Positions 47,096 through 56,775 of a stretch of 64,000 nucleotides of DNA are shown in pieces. Positions within the stretch are counted from its first letter, which is position 1. The number at the start of each line of letters is the position of its first letter. The DNA comes from Candidatus Micrarchaeota archaeon. GTDB lineage: Archaea; Micrarchaeota; Micrarchaeia; Anstonellales; Bilamarchaeaceae. The stretch covers positions 51,120 through 115,119 of the forward strand of contig JBBSVO010000003.1 of the NCBI GenBank assembly GCA_038046805.1, in the 5' to 3' direction. The notes below the pieces were generated by a model. The model made no database searches and was not told the DNA's origin. It was given only the letters and a program-made list of their open reading frames with translations. A program made the position numbers and the translations under genes.

Positions 47096-48034
47096 ATGGA
47101 AGTTCTGGTTACTGGCGGAGCCGGTTTCATCGGCTCGAATATTGTTGAAAGATTAATTTCAGAAGGTCATTCAGTTACTGTCATAGACTGCCTTAACACG
47201 GGAAGTGAAAACAACCTCGCAGGAGTGCGGGACAAAATCAAATTCGTTCGTGGGAATTCCGGCGAGATTGAAAAACTCGTAAGTGGAAAAAAATTCGATA
47301 TCATCCTCCATCAGGGGGTTTACTCTACTTCTCCATTATATAAGGAAAACCGCTTGCTCACCGCAAAGGCTCTGGAAGAATTTATCAACATACTTGAATA
47401 CTGCACTAAGAACGGAACGCGACTGGTGTTCGCGTCGTCTTCTTCTCTTTACAATGGAGTAACTCCTCCGCACCGCGAGGATGCTCAAATCAATGTAACA
47501 GACTTTTACAGCGAAGCAAGACTGGCGATGGAAAGAGTCGCAACATTATACCATCAGCTTTATGGAACGAAAATAATTGCCCTCAGGTATTTCAGCGTTT
47601 ACGGGCCTCATGAAGAGGCAAAGGGAAAATATGCAAATCTCATAACCCAATTCTTATGGGCAATGATGAAAAACGAGGCACCCGTAGTCTATGGAGATGG
47701 TTCACAGACAAGGGATTTCGTCTTTGTCAGCGACATCGTTGAGGCAAACATGCTTGCAATGAAAAGCCCGCTTGAGTTCGGAATTTTCAATGTTGGAACC
47801 GGGCGCTCTGTTTCGATAAACGGGATGATTGAAATTTTGAACAACAAGCTCGGAACGAAACTACCAATAAAATACGTTGAAAATAAGGTGAAGAACTACG
47901 TGGCGCACACGCAGGCCGACACCTTGCTGACAAAAACAAAGCTAGGCTTTTCTGCAAAGACATCGCTTGAGGAAGGAATCGAAAAACTGATTGAATACAC
48001 CAAGTCTCGGGCGTATACTGAACCAAATAAGTAA
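47096..48034 (+). CDS. NAD-dependent epimerase/dehydratase
   Basis: TGGAGFIG, ASSSS.Y, LRYFSVYGP, GDGSQTRDF. Confidence 0.93.
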   Translation: MEVLVTGGAGFIGSNIVERLISEGHSVTVIDCLNTGSENNLAGVRDKIKFVRGNSGEIEKLVSGKKFDIILHQGVYSTSPLYKENRLLTAKALEEFINILEYCTKNGTRLVFASSSSLYNGVTPPHREDAQINVTDFYSEARLAMERVATLYHQLYGTKIIALRYFSVYGPHEEAKGKYANLITQFLWAMMKNEAPVVYGDGSQTRDFVFVSDIVEANMLAMKSPLEFGIFNVGTGRSVSINGMIEILNNKLGTKLPIKYVENKVKNYVAHTQADTLLTKTKLGFSAKTSLEEGIEKLIEYTKSRAYTEPNK

Positions 48035-48204
48035 TACCGATTCGGAATATTAGCATTTATCTCGATGGTTCAGTATCCAGTGATCTGCTGATCACTAGCT
48101 GTTCACCAATGTGGTGAACATAGATCGAGCCATCTACAACTTCGAAGAAGTTGGAGAGACAGAGAATGCAATTCTCTGGGAAAAACTTATTTGGCTCGGG
48201 CGTA
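48006..48204 (+). repeat. Stacked-palindrome insert with 10-bp direct repeat, terminal inverted repeats and BHB-like junction
   Basis: CTCGGGCGTA at 48006 and 48195, CCAAATAAGT/ACTTATTTGG, at least five internal hairpins. Confidence 0.7.
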
Positions 48205-48253
48205 AACAGGGATAAGCAAAAACCTTTTAATCTCCAACTTCTTTTATGATACT

Positions 48254-48904
48254 ATGACAGAACTTGCAAAGAAAGTCGAGGATGGAAGATTATCCTCTAT
48301 CCTGAATTCCATTCAGATAGCTCTGGACCATTACGACGATATATTCTCTGATTTTGACCCATCTCCATTTAGTCAAAGAATGCTTTCAGATGATTTTCTC
48401 AAGGAGATGCAAAAGAGATATATAGAAACTAAAAAAGGGGAGTTTGAAATACGGTTTTCACTTCCAGCTTCAATAAGAGATGTAAAAACAGAGGGCTTGG
48501 TAAAGAAACGCCTTAAAGATTATTTCCACAAGCAGATAAAGAACGTGGATGTGGAAGTTGAAAAAAGACAAAATGCGGGAATACAACGCGCAGGATTTGG
48601 ATTCGTAGTTCTTGCAATAGAGCTTCTCATGACAGTATATGGATTCACAGCATTTCCTCTTAATTTCCTGGGTGTGATATTGGTTCCGGCTGGATGGTTC
48701 GGAATGTATTCTGGATTTGAAATGTTCTTTGACCATCCGAAAAAACTCAATGAGCAGAAGAAATTCTACAAAAAATTCCACGATGCGATATATCTTTTTG
48801 TTTCGGAAGAGGAGATTCTTGAGAGCATAGAGACTACTTCAGATCAAAAACCACTGGATGTCGTGATAAAGGATATTACAGAACGTGAAAAAGGAAAACC
48901 ATGA
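48254..48904 (+). CDS. Membrane protein (2 TM)
   Basis: YDDIFSDFDPSP...R.LS.DF, two hydrophobic segments, AAACCTTTTAA promoter. Confidence 0.8.
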   Translation: MTELAKKVEDGRLSSILNSIQIALDHYDDIFSDFDPSPFSQRMLSDDFLKEMQKRYIETKKGEFEIRFSLPASIRDVKTEGLVKKRLKDYFHKQIKNVDVEVEKRQNAGIQRAGFGFVVLAIELLMTVYGFTAFPLNFLGVILVPAGWFGMYSGFEMFFDHPKKLNEQKKFYKKFHDAIYLFVSEEEILESIETTSDQKPLDVVIKDITEREKGKP

Positions 48905-48961
48905 TTCTAAACAGCACGCTTTAAATCCCCTTTGCGACGCTAATTTTAGAATAAATTAAAC

Positions 48962-49073
48962 GGGGTCATGGGCTAACCTGGTAGACTACCGGCCTTGGGC
49001 GTCGGTGATTAGAGTTCAAGAGCCAGTCTAGACGCAAAACTCAAGACTGGAAACACAAATCTCTATGACCCCA
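48962..49073 (+). tRNA. tRNA-Pro(TGG) with 39-nt T-loop intron (about 49020-49058)
   Basis: Acceptor GGGGTCA/TGACCCC, TAGAG-TTCAAAT-CTCTA restored on removal, junction ambiguous by 2 nt. Confidence 0.9.
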
Positions 49074-49122
49074 ATTTTTCTTTTTTTAATATGTGATCCG
49101 CGCTAGCGATGCGCATTCTGCG

Positions 49123-49560
49123 TTAGTTTTCCGGCATCCTTACAAGAATGAGAGACTGACCGGATTTTGAACCAGACCGTGGTTTTACTACAAAACCTTC
49201 TTTTTCATACAGCACGAGCGCACTTTCATTTTTTGGGCTGACTCTCAGGTAAACTGGTTTCCCAGACTTGAATAGAGGTTTGAGCAATGCCGAACCAACC
49301 CCCGTCGAACGAAATTCGGGAAGAACACCAAGACCCTTTACGGAAATTGAGCCGCCCGTTCCCATGCTCTCTGAAAAATTAATAAATCCTACACGTTTGC
49401 CATCAACCTCAGCAACAGTAACTTTATCGTCTTTTTTGATTATTGTTTCCGCATCGATTTCAGGGAAGATCGCATGAATTAATTTGGTTATTTCGATTAG
49501 TTCGTCTTTGCGCATTGGACGGATTTTTATTTCCTCCGACCGATGTTGTAGATGTCCCAT
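49123..49560 (-). CDS. GNAT acetyltransferase (RimI-like)
   Basis: LGVLPEFRSTGVG, N..A..LYEK.GF. Confidence 0.88.
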   Translation of the reverse strand: MGHLQHRSEEIKIRPMRKDELIEITKLIHAIFPEIDAETIIKKDDKVTVAEVDGKRVGFINFSESMGTGGSISVKGLGVLPEFRSTGVGSALLKPLFKSGKPVYLRVSPKNESALVLYEKEGFVVKPRSGSKSGQSLILVRMPEN

Positions 49561-49692
49561 TTCAAATCCCGGTTTCTCTCTAATTCATCAACTATCTGAC
49601 TCAGCAAGGAAGCTTTTATTTGTTTATACTGGTCTGGAGTAGGAAGAACATTTTAGAGCATTCTTGAAATTTGCTTTTTGTATTTCATTTTT

Positions 49693-50397
49693 CTATTTCT
49701 CGAAATGCCTTGTTGCCGAGTCAAGCATTGCTCTGAATTCTGCAAGAAGTTCATGAACAAGATTTAGTGCAATATGTTGCATCGCACTTGATTTGTTACC
49801 TGGGTACTTCCGTAGTACGTCATAAAATAGTTTGTAGTACGCAATTTCGAACTCGGTTTCAGAAACGTGAATGTCTGGAAGGTCTGTATATGTACCAATT
49901 AATAGATTGGTCTGGAACGCACCAGTTAAATTCTCGTAACATCTCGGTTCCAGCCCATTTTCTACCGATGTAAAGGACGAAACGGGTTTTAGCTTGATTA
50001 AAAGATTGCCAATAGCTCGATCCAGTCTTATCAACCCAGATATGCTCAAAAAAGAAAAACCAGTTGGAGAATTATTTTGAAAGTTATTGAAATATATTGA
50101 TGCGACTACTGTGGAAGTGTCCGTATACAAGGAGAAGCATCCGACTTCGATTCGTGCTGAACCACTTTCAATACTCACACCAGCAGTAGTTCTTTCAGTA
50201 ATTATAGCTGAGTTGACTCTGCGCAAATCTTGCATACGTCTGAATTGCTTTTCAATTTCTGGTTCTGACCTTGAGAAATATCGTTTTTCTTCAGTCTTTC
50301 CTATAACGCCATCTAATCTTTCGAACGTTTTTGTGCATATACGCTCTGTTCTTCTAAATTGTTCGCAAATTCTAGGACGATTTTGGAAGTGGTTCAT
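49693..50397 (-). CDS. Hypothetical protein
   Basis: Long ORF after beta-rich gene. Confidence 0.65.
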   Translation of the reverse strand: MNHFQNRPRICEQFRRTERICTKTFERLDGVIGKTEEKRYFSRSEPEIEKQFRRMQDLRRVNSAIITERTTAGVSIESGSARIEVGCFSLYTDTSTVVASIYFNNFQNNSPTGFSFLSISGLIRLDRAIGNLLIKLKPVSSFTSVENGLEPRCYENLTGAFQTNLLIGTYTDLPDIHVSETEFEIAYYKLFYDVLRKYPGNKSSAMQHIALNLVHELLAEFRAMLDSATRHFEK

Positions 50398-50407
50398 ATA
50401 TACCAAC

Positions 50408-51073
50408 CTATCTTATCGGAACTTCAATACCAAGCTGCGCGTTTGCCGCCAGCAGTTTTCCATCCTCTGGGTCTGACATTCCGAAAGCCCTTACAAAGAA
50501 ATTCGCGACTTTTGTTTTCAGGGTTAATTGCACTGTTCCTCCGGCATTTGGAGATTCTTTTCCCTGTACAAATGGGACAATCGCTGTTGCTGAAACAGAG
50601 ACTGGGTCAAAACCCAAATCCGCACCAGCAAAAACCGGAGTGTTTCCTGTTATATCCAGTTCTGCACCTGCGCGTAGACCCAAGGAACTTGAAGACAAGT
50701 GTGCTACTCCGCCGAAAGCCCTTTGATTTCCAAGAAACCGACTTCTTTGTGCATACGCGGTTAATCCAAACCCACCGGGGGCAGACAGAGTAAGGTTTGC
50801 CCCTGCTTTTTCAAGCGAGGTCGCTCCACTCTCTAAATCACCGGCAAATGCAGTGCCAAGCCCTAGATTAGCACATCCAAATGTAAGCGAATGCTCAATG
50901 CCCAAACCTGCTTCATGTGTCTCTCCCTTTGACGTTTGATAAAATGCCTGAGTTGATAAACGGCTCTGTAATGAATCAGCATTTGCCTTGAATGGCAAAA
51001 GCAGCGTTGCTACAGACGCCACGACAGTAATTACTTTTCCAGAGCTTCTGCTAACCGTTTGTAAACTAACCAT
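50408..51073 (-). CDS. Secreted beta-strand-rich protein (beta-barrel-like)
   Basis: Signal peptide ending KANA, alternating Gly/hydrophobic strands. Confidence 0.65.
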   Translation of the reverse strand: MVSLQTVSRSSGKVITVVASVATLLLPFKANADSLQSRLSTQAFYQTSKGETHEAGLGIEHSLTFGCANLGLGTAFAGDLESGATSLEKAGANLTLSAPGGFGLTAYAQRSRFLGNQRAFGGVAHLSSSSLGLRAGAELDITGNTPVFAGADLGFDPVSVSATAIVPFVQGKESPNAGGTVQLTLKTKVANFFVRAFGMSDPEDGKLLAANAQLGIEVPIR

Positions 51074-51179
51074 AAGCACATCACCTTTCTAATTTTTCTA
51101 CAGCAGTTTGAACTGCAGTTTATGATATTATCTACGACATACCCAATATTTAAATGCTATTGGTGGCAATTATCACCAC

Positions 51180-51929
51180 ATGTACGAGTCGACATTAGAG
51201 GAGCTAGGGCTTACCTTAAACGAATCTAAGGTTTACGAGGCGCTTTTGTCGTTAGGCAGTTCTTCTATCGAGCAAATTGCAATTAAATCCAAGGTTCACA
51301 GAAGAAATATTTACGATGTTCTTGCCAAGCTATTAGAAAAAGGGTTAATCTCCGAATCATTCGACTATAATAGAAAAGAGTACCGTGCCATTCACCCATC
51401 GCGTTTGCTGGACTTGATACAGGAAAAGGAGAATAAACTACAGATTATTCTGCCAGAATTGGAAAAACGTTTTAGTCACTACGAGGAAGAGGAAACTGCA
51501 TATATGTACAAAGGAATTAACGGTTTTAAGCAGTATCTACAAGACATCCTAGACGTAGGAGAAACAGCTTATTTTATCGGGGCAAAGGGATTTTGGCTTG
51601 ATCCAAGGCTCCAATATTTCCTGCCAAAATTCGAGATAGAACGAAAGAAACTCGGAATAAAATTCATGCACATCTTTGATTATGAGGTAAAGGAACAGAA
51701 ACCGGAGATATTGAAATTGGTTGGCCGACCATACAAATTCCTGCCGAAGGATTACTCAAGCCAGACCTCAATTGATTTCTTTGGTGACAGAATAGTTACA
51801 TTCGTTGGAGTTAAACCCGGCCAACTTGACGAGGAACCCACCCAGTTCGTAATGCGAAGCAGACGATTAGCAGACGGTTACAGAAAATTCTTCAATTTTA
51901 TGTGGGATAAACTTCCATTTGACTATTAG
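51180..51929 (+). CDS. TrmB-family regulator
   Basis: LGLT.NESKVY.ALL...RRNIYDVL..L.EKGLI. Confidence 0.9.
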   Translation: MYESTLEELGLTLNESKVYEALLSLGSSSIEQIAIKSKVHRRNIYDVLAKLLEKGLISESFDYNRKEYRAIHPSRLLDLIQEKENKLQIILPELEKRFSHYEEEETAYMYKGINGFKQYLQDILDVGETAYFIGAKGFWLDPRLQYFLPKFEIERKKLGIKFMHIFDYEVKEQKPEILKLVGRPYKFLPKDYSSQTSIDFFGDRIVTFVGVKPGQLDEEPTQFVMRSRRLADGYRKFFNFMWDKLPFDY

Positions 51930-51934
51930 TTACC

Positions 51935-52609
51935 CTACAATGAAAAGAACTCCGCACCCACGTTTCTTGTTTTCTCGTCAATCTCCGCAATACAATACCT
52001 TCCAAGCTTTGCCGCAGGAACTTTGATTATGTACGTGCTGCCAAGCATTGCCATGCCTTCAAGTTCATGAACATGCCCGCAGAACACGACGAGCGGCTTT
52101 TTTTCCTCGATGATTTTCCGCACTGACGAACTTCCAATGTGTAGATTCCCGCGCGGACTTGTAACTTCGTCAAAGAATCCGAGTGGGGGCACATGGAGAA
52201 TGAGAATTGTATTATTATCAATAGGAAGTTTTTGCATCTGTGTGTGAATCTCATCTTCGCTTAATTCACCCGGAGTTCCGAACGGAGTTGGATTTGATTT
52301 TCCGAAACCAACAACATTCAATCTATCTGCCAGCTCAACCCGCTTTCCATGCAGATAACCTTTATGAGAAGTAGATGATGAAACCCTCTTAACCGCATTT
52401 TCCGGTTCGTTATTTCCAGGGATAAAAAAACAGTTTTCAAATGACGAAACGACTTCCTCCAGAAACTTCGGGCTGTCGTTTGTAGTATCTCCTAAGATAA
52501 GGGTAAAAATGCATTTTGATTCTTCGTATTTTTTCCGCAATTCCTCAAACACGACCTCTTCGTCATGAAGGTCTGAGAATACGAAAACGTGCATGGAATG
52601 GTCAGCCAC
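51935..52609 (-). CDS. Calcineurin-like metallophosphoesterase
   Basis: SDLH, LGD, PGNNE, HVPP, CGHVHE. Confidence 0.9.
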   Translation of the reverse strand: MADHSMHVFVFSDLHDEEVVFEELRKKYEESKCIFTLILGDTTNDSPKFLEEVVSSFENCFFIPGNNEPENAVKRVSSSTSHKGYLHGKRVELADRLNVVGFGKSNPTPFGTPGELSEDEIHTQMQKLPIDNNTILILHVPPLGFFDEVTSPRGNLHIGSSSVRKIIEEKKPLVVFCGHVHELEGMAMLGSTYIIKVPAAKLGRYCIAEIDEKTRNVGAEFFSL

Positions 52610-53546
52610 CGATTTCCTTGGTCTGTGTTGGTCCTTCCTTTACCCCAACTCCCTTTTGCGCTTTCTCCTTTGCTTTTGTATACTCGTCCATTATTTGGGT
52701 ATAACGCTCATCAAAACGCTTAATCAACGAATCACCGAGTTTGTTCTTCGTGAAGTGATCCGCTTTTGCAGCCAGGGCAATAGAATTTGCAAGAGCACGG
52801 GCGATTTTTCCTCGCACAACCTTGGGTGATGCGGAAATACGAACGTGCTGGAATATGATTCCGTGCTTTGGCGGATCTATTTTTCTGTTCTTCAAATGCT
52901 TGAAAAGGGCCTTTTCAGCACCAAGAACCTGAATAGTGCTTGATGGAAGTATTGAAAGGCGGGCAAGTGAACCAACATGTGAAATAAGTTTTGCCGCGAT
53001 ATCCGAACCTGCAACTGCCGAGATATTTGGACAGACTTCATTGGTCAGTGTTTCAAGATATTTCGCATACTGATCCTTGAACTTGTATAGCATGAGAAGC
53101 TGATTTGCAAAGTGTCTGCACTGTGTAAGGTCCTCTTCTGTAAGGGGTGCGCCAATGCTTTTACCACATAAAGAGATTATTTCGTTTGATTTTCCGCTCC
53201 CGACGATTTTGGACAATTCTTTGGCATCAGGATTTGTTTTATCAAGAACCATGATAATCTCGCAGTATTTCCTGCGGTCTTCAAGCCTTAACTCCGGAAG
53301 ATAAATGCCATATAATTCTTCAAGTCTTTCCCCTAAGGCATTCGCAACTTGAACTGTCTCGTCTATTACTCTGGACACATTGGCAAGTAAAATGTCCTTT
53401 CCGCCAAGAGCCTTGGTTGTGGCTTCTGCTGCTTTCTGAAGAAACATCGAACGCTTGTTTGAAGGGCTGAAACCCTGTTTTTTGGGCTTCTGACCCGATC
53501 TGTTAGGACTACCGCCCCTGCTTCCTGTTGAATTTGGTCTAGGCAT
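52602..53546 (-). CDS. nop5: C/D sRNP protein Nop5 (Nop56/58)
   Basis: PSSTIQVLGAEKALF, PPKHGIIF, GKIARALA. Confidence 0.93.
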   Translation of the reverse strand: MPRPNSTGSRGGSPNRSGQKPKKQGFSPSNKRSMFLQKAAEATTKALGGKDILLANVSRVIDETVQVANALGERLEELYGIYLPELRLEDRRKYCEIIMVLDKTNPDAKELSKIVGSGKSNEIISLCGKSIGAPLTEEDLTQCRHFANQLLMLYKFKDQYAKYLETLTNEVCPNISAVAGSDIAAKLISHVGSLARLSILPSSTIQVLGAEKALFKHLKNRKIDPPKHGIIFQHVRISASPKVVRGKIARALANSIALAAKADHFTKNKLGDSLIKRFDERYTQIMDEYTKAKEKAQKGVGVKEGPTQTKEIGG

Positions 53547-53674
53547 AATGAGATAGTTGGCGGAATACTATTTAAAGCATATCTTATCTCAATTATAACG
53601 TGGCGGTTAGCTCCTAGCTTCTAGGTACTAGCCCCTAGCCAAGAGCCAGGAGCCATAAATAACAGGTAGAAACC

Positions 53675-54193
53675 ATGACAGATATAACCAAGCTCACAAA
53701 TGAAACCATAAACAAGGGCGGAGTGCTGGCCATATTTTATTTTGACCTCCATGCGACCTCAACGGACATGCTGCAGCAACTTGGAGCCGGATTTATACAG
53801 AAATTACTAAGCGAACCAGGAGTTGTAACTGCATTGGGGGAAATAGACGAACCAATAGAAGCAGAGGCTAAAGAAGGAATTGACAGAAAGATGCTATCCA
53901 CAGCAATCGAGGTAAAGATTCTGGTGAAATCATTTGCAGATATAGCAAGGATATGTGCTGTATATAGCCCATTCTCTATTGAAATCCTGCGACCAAGCGA
54001 AATAAAACTCCCATTGGACAAGGCACACGAACTCCTTACAAACATTTCAACCACGACGTTTGGATATAAAAAACACATCGTTGAAAGACTTTCAACAAAA
54101 GAAGAGCTGGAGAATTACAAAAAAGTAATCCAACAAAAGATGGAGTTAGGAAAGAAGTTGCTTGAAAAAAAGGATGGCGCTGATAAAAAGTAA
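53675..54193 (+). CDS. Hypothetical protein
   Basis: Y.P.SIEIL.P motif, upstream of KaiC-like ATPase. Confidence 0.75.
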   Translation: MTDITKLTNETINKGGVLAIFYFDLHATSTDMLQQLGAGFIQKLLSEPGVVTALGEIDEPIEAEAKEGIDRKMLSTAIEVKILVKSFADIARICAVYSPFSIEILRPSEIKLPLDKAHELLTNISTTTFGYKKHIVERLSTKEELENYKKVIQQKMELGKKLLEKKDGADKK

Positions 54194-54207
54194 ATTGAGG
54201 GATTTGC

Positions 54208-54906
54208 ATGCTTAAACGCGAATTTGTGAAAACCGGAATACCAGGACTGGACGAAATATGTGGTGGAGGATTTCCACGGGAATCAATCATAACTCTGAGC
54301 GGGCCTACTGGATGCGGAAAAAGCACATTTGGTATGCAATTCCTTGTAGAAGGTGCATTGAAATACAAGCAACCAGGACTTTACATTTCAATAGAACAGG
54401 ACAAACAATCAATGTTCCTGCATATGAGCGGGTACAAATGGGACCTTGAAAAACTTGAAAAAGGCAAACAACTCGTGTTTTTGGATTATCCGCTTCACGA
54501 AGTAGACCAATTCATGCAGCAAAACAGCGCAATTGCCGAGATAATCAATACAACCGGGGTTGAACGGGTTGTAATAGATTCCGTAATGCCGCTTGCGATT
54601 ATTTTTGCAAATGACGACGAACGAAAAAGGGGATTCCTCAGCCTGATAGATCATATAAGAAAATGGGGTGCGACCGTGTTGATTATTTCAGAGGATACGC
54701 CGGCGACTACCCAGGATGTGTTGCCGGATACAAGATATGGGATTGAAACGCTCAGCGACGGCTGGATGCATATATACTTTCTTTATGATAAAAGCAGGGA
54801 ACGTAAAAGAGCAGTTGAAATAATCAAAATGAAAGGTGTTGCCCATTCGAGCAAGATATACCCGCTTGAGCTTGACGATGATGGTTTTAAAGTGAATCGG
54901 GAGTAA
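54208..54906 (+). CDS. KaiC/RAD55-like RecA-superfamily ATPase
   Basis: TGIPGLD....GG.P, GPTGCGKS, VVIDS, IKMKG. Confidence 0.92.
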   Translation: MLKREFVKTGIPGLDEICGGGFPRESIITLSGPTGCGKSTFGMQFLVEGALKYKQPGLYISIEQDKQSMFLHMSGYKWDLEKLEKGKQLVFLDYPLHEVDQFMQQNSAIAEIINTTGVERVVIDSVMPLAIIFANDDERKRGFLSLIDHIRKWGATVLIISEDTPATTQDVLPDTRYGIETLSDGWMHIYFLYDKSRERKRAVEIIKMKGVAHSSKIYPLELDDDGFKVNRE

Positions 54907-55432
54907 CGATTATTCCGAAAACGGATTTTCCGATTTTGCTGCTGGCAGAGATACCGGAACTGCAATCGATAATGATTCGTTTATCGGTTTTTTTGAACCG
55001 CTCGCTGTTTGGTTTGTCTTCTGCACCAATGATTATGTCAAAAACCTCTCCGGCATCTCCCTTAAAATTTTTTCCAATCCGCCCTACGAGAAGTCTCTTT
55101 TTTTCTACAAAGCCGGATAAAACCAATTTTGAAGGAAGAGGAACAACAACGCGCGCTTTTATTTTGAGAAGCCGCTTGATTAGTTTTTCACTGCCAGTTG
55201 CTGCGGCGCCCTCAACCTGGATATTTACAACATAAGTCAGATGGTCGTATATATCGAAATTCATCTCATTTCCGTGTTCGGCATCAAGATCGACAATGTG
55301 GATAAGTTTAATCCCTTTTTTCTTCCATTCACGCGCAAGCTCTGTTGGCTTTCCAATGAGAATAAGCGAACCCTCTGCTGATTTGGAGAACGCCTGCTTA
55401 TCTTTGACATATATCAGGGGAATCTGCATCAT
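54887..55432 (-). CDS. Truncated/degenerate HisA-like protein
   Basis: IP.I......, P.ELA..W...G.KLIHIVDLDA...G..N. Confidence 0.7.
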   Translation of the reverse strand: MMQIPLIYVKDKQAFSKSAEGSLILIGKPTELAREWKKKGIKLIHIVDLDAEHGNEMNFDIYDHLTYVVNIQVEGAAATGSEKLIKRLLKIKARVVVPLPSKLVLSGFVEKKRLLVGRIGKNFKGDAGEVFDIIIGAEDKPNSERFKKTDKRIIIDCSSGISASSKIGKSVFGIIVTPDSL

Positions 55433-56775
55433 GAATTCACTTTTTCAGTTTTATTTTTTACCATATTTATCCTTGTAATTAAAGCTTGCATAATTGGAGG
55501 GGTTACGATAGTTGTAAGCAAGGCCATGGTGGCCAATATCGAATATTCTGCCGGATTCAGGATTTTCGTTGTCAAACCTATCGCAGCAACTATAAGCGCA
55601 ACCTCTCCGCGCGGTGCCATGCCAAAGCCAACTATAGCGGCTTCTAGCTTGGTTAGGCCAGAGAAGAATGCTGCGATCCCGCAGCCAATTACTTTTGTGA
55701 ATATCGCAAGAACTGAAATAATCAAAATCGGCACCAGGAAAATTTGTAGGGCATTTACATCCATCAGCATCCCGAGCGAGATAAAAAATATCGGCATGAA
55801 CAGCATCTCAAGGCCGTATGTTTTTTCTTCAATTTCCTTGTTGTGCCTGCTGCTGTTCAGGATTATTCCTGCCATGAACGCGCCAACTATAGCCGAGAGA
55901 CGTATGAATTCTGCAATATATGAATAGAATAAGACCAATGCAAGAACCATCAAAAATCGTTTTGCGTCCAGTTCCTTCTTGTCCAGGTATTTGACAAAGT
56001 AATTACCCGAGATTACGGCACCTGCAAGAAACACAATGGCTGTGATGAAGGTAGTAATCAATGAAATTGCAGTCGCATCCTGCCCTCCAACCCCGGTTAT
56101 GTTTATTACGAATGACAGAACGAGAAGTGCAAGGATATCATCAAGCACTGCTGCACCAATTATGATTTCTGCAAAATGCTCGGACATTAATTTGAATTCT
56201 TTTAGAATCGCCACCGTAACACCGACCGATGTTGCGGTTAGTGCCGCGGCGACAAACATGGAATATACAAAACTTCCTCCTGTTGAGATTGCGTAGAAGT
56301 AACCTACTACAAAAGGGATTACTACGCCAGCAGAAGCAACAAACAGGTTGTCGAATGCGAATATTTTCTCAATCTTGTTGTGCATGCCGACTTTAAACAA
56401 AAGAACGATTGCACCAAGCTGCGCAAAGACGCTGATAACACTTTCAAACCTTAGTATAATAGGTTGGTTCGCTGGAATGCTGAATGGAAGATTTAAAGTT
56501 CCAAGAAACTCCCATGATATGGATAAAAAACTAGGGCTTAATAGAACCCCCAGTACCATGAGAATCATAACCGTCGGTTGTTTGGTATATACCACCACCA
56601 ATTCCCCGACTACTGCCAGAAGAAGCAGGAAAACTATTTCGAAATAGATATGCTTTTCTTCCTCAACCTCTCCAAATACACTGGTCCTAACTATTGAAAT
56701 TACCAAAAGTAGGAATATACCCAGTACCAACAATGCGATAGTCGGTAATGCCTTTTTTATAGTTTCCTGAATCAT
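55429..56775 (-). CDS. Cation:proton antiporter (CPA2/NapA-like)
   Basis: ATSVG, AAVLDD, GAF.AG, PRGEVAL, many TM segments. Confidence 0.93.
   Translation of the reverse strand: MIQETIKKALPTIALLVLGIFLLLVISIVRTSVFGEVEEEKHIYFEIVFLLLLAVVGELVVVYTKQPTVMILMVLGVLLSPSFLSISWEFLGTLNLPFSIPANQPIILRFESVISVFAQLGAIVLLFKVGMHNKIEKIFAFDNLFVASAGVVIPFVVGYFYAISTGGSFVYSMFVAAALTATSVGVTVAILKEFKLMSEHFAEIIIGAAVLDDILALLVLSFVINITGVGGQDATAISLITTFITAIVFLAGAVISGNYFVKYLDKKELDAKRFLMVLALVLFYSYIAEFIRLSAIVGAFMAGIILNSSRHNKEIEEKTYGLEMLFMPIFFISLGMLMDVNALQIFLVPILIISVLAIFTKVIGCGIAAFFSGLTKLEAAIVGFGMAPRGEVALIVAAIGLTTKILNPAEYSILATMALLTTIVTPPIMQALITRINMVKNKTEKVNS

Noticed and set aside
45137..49073. Integrated element bounded by tRNAs
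   Set aside because: No integrase and no duplicated tRNA 3' end
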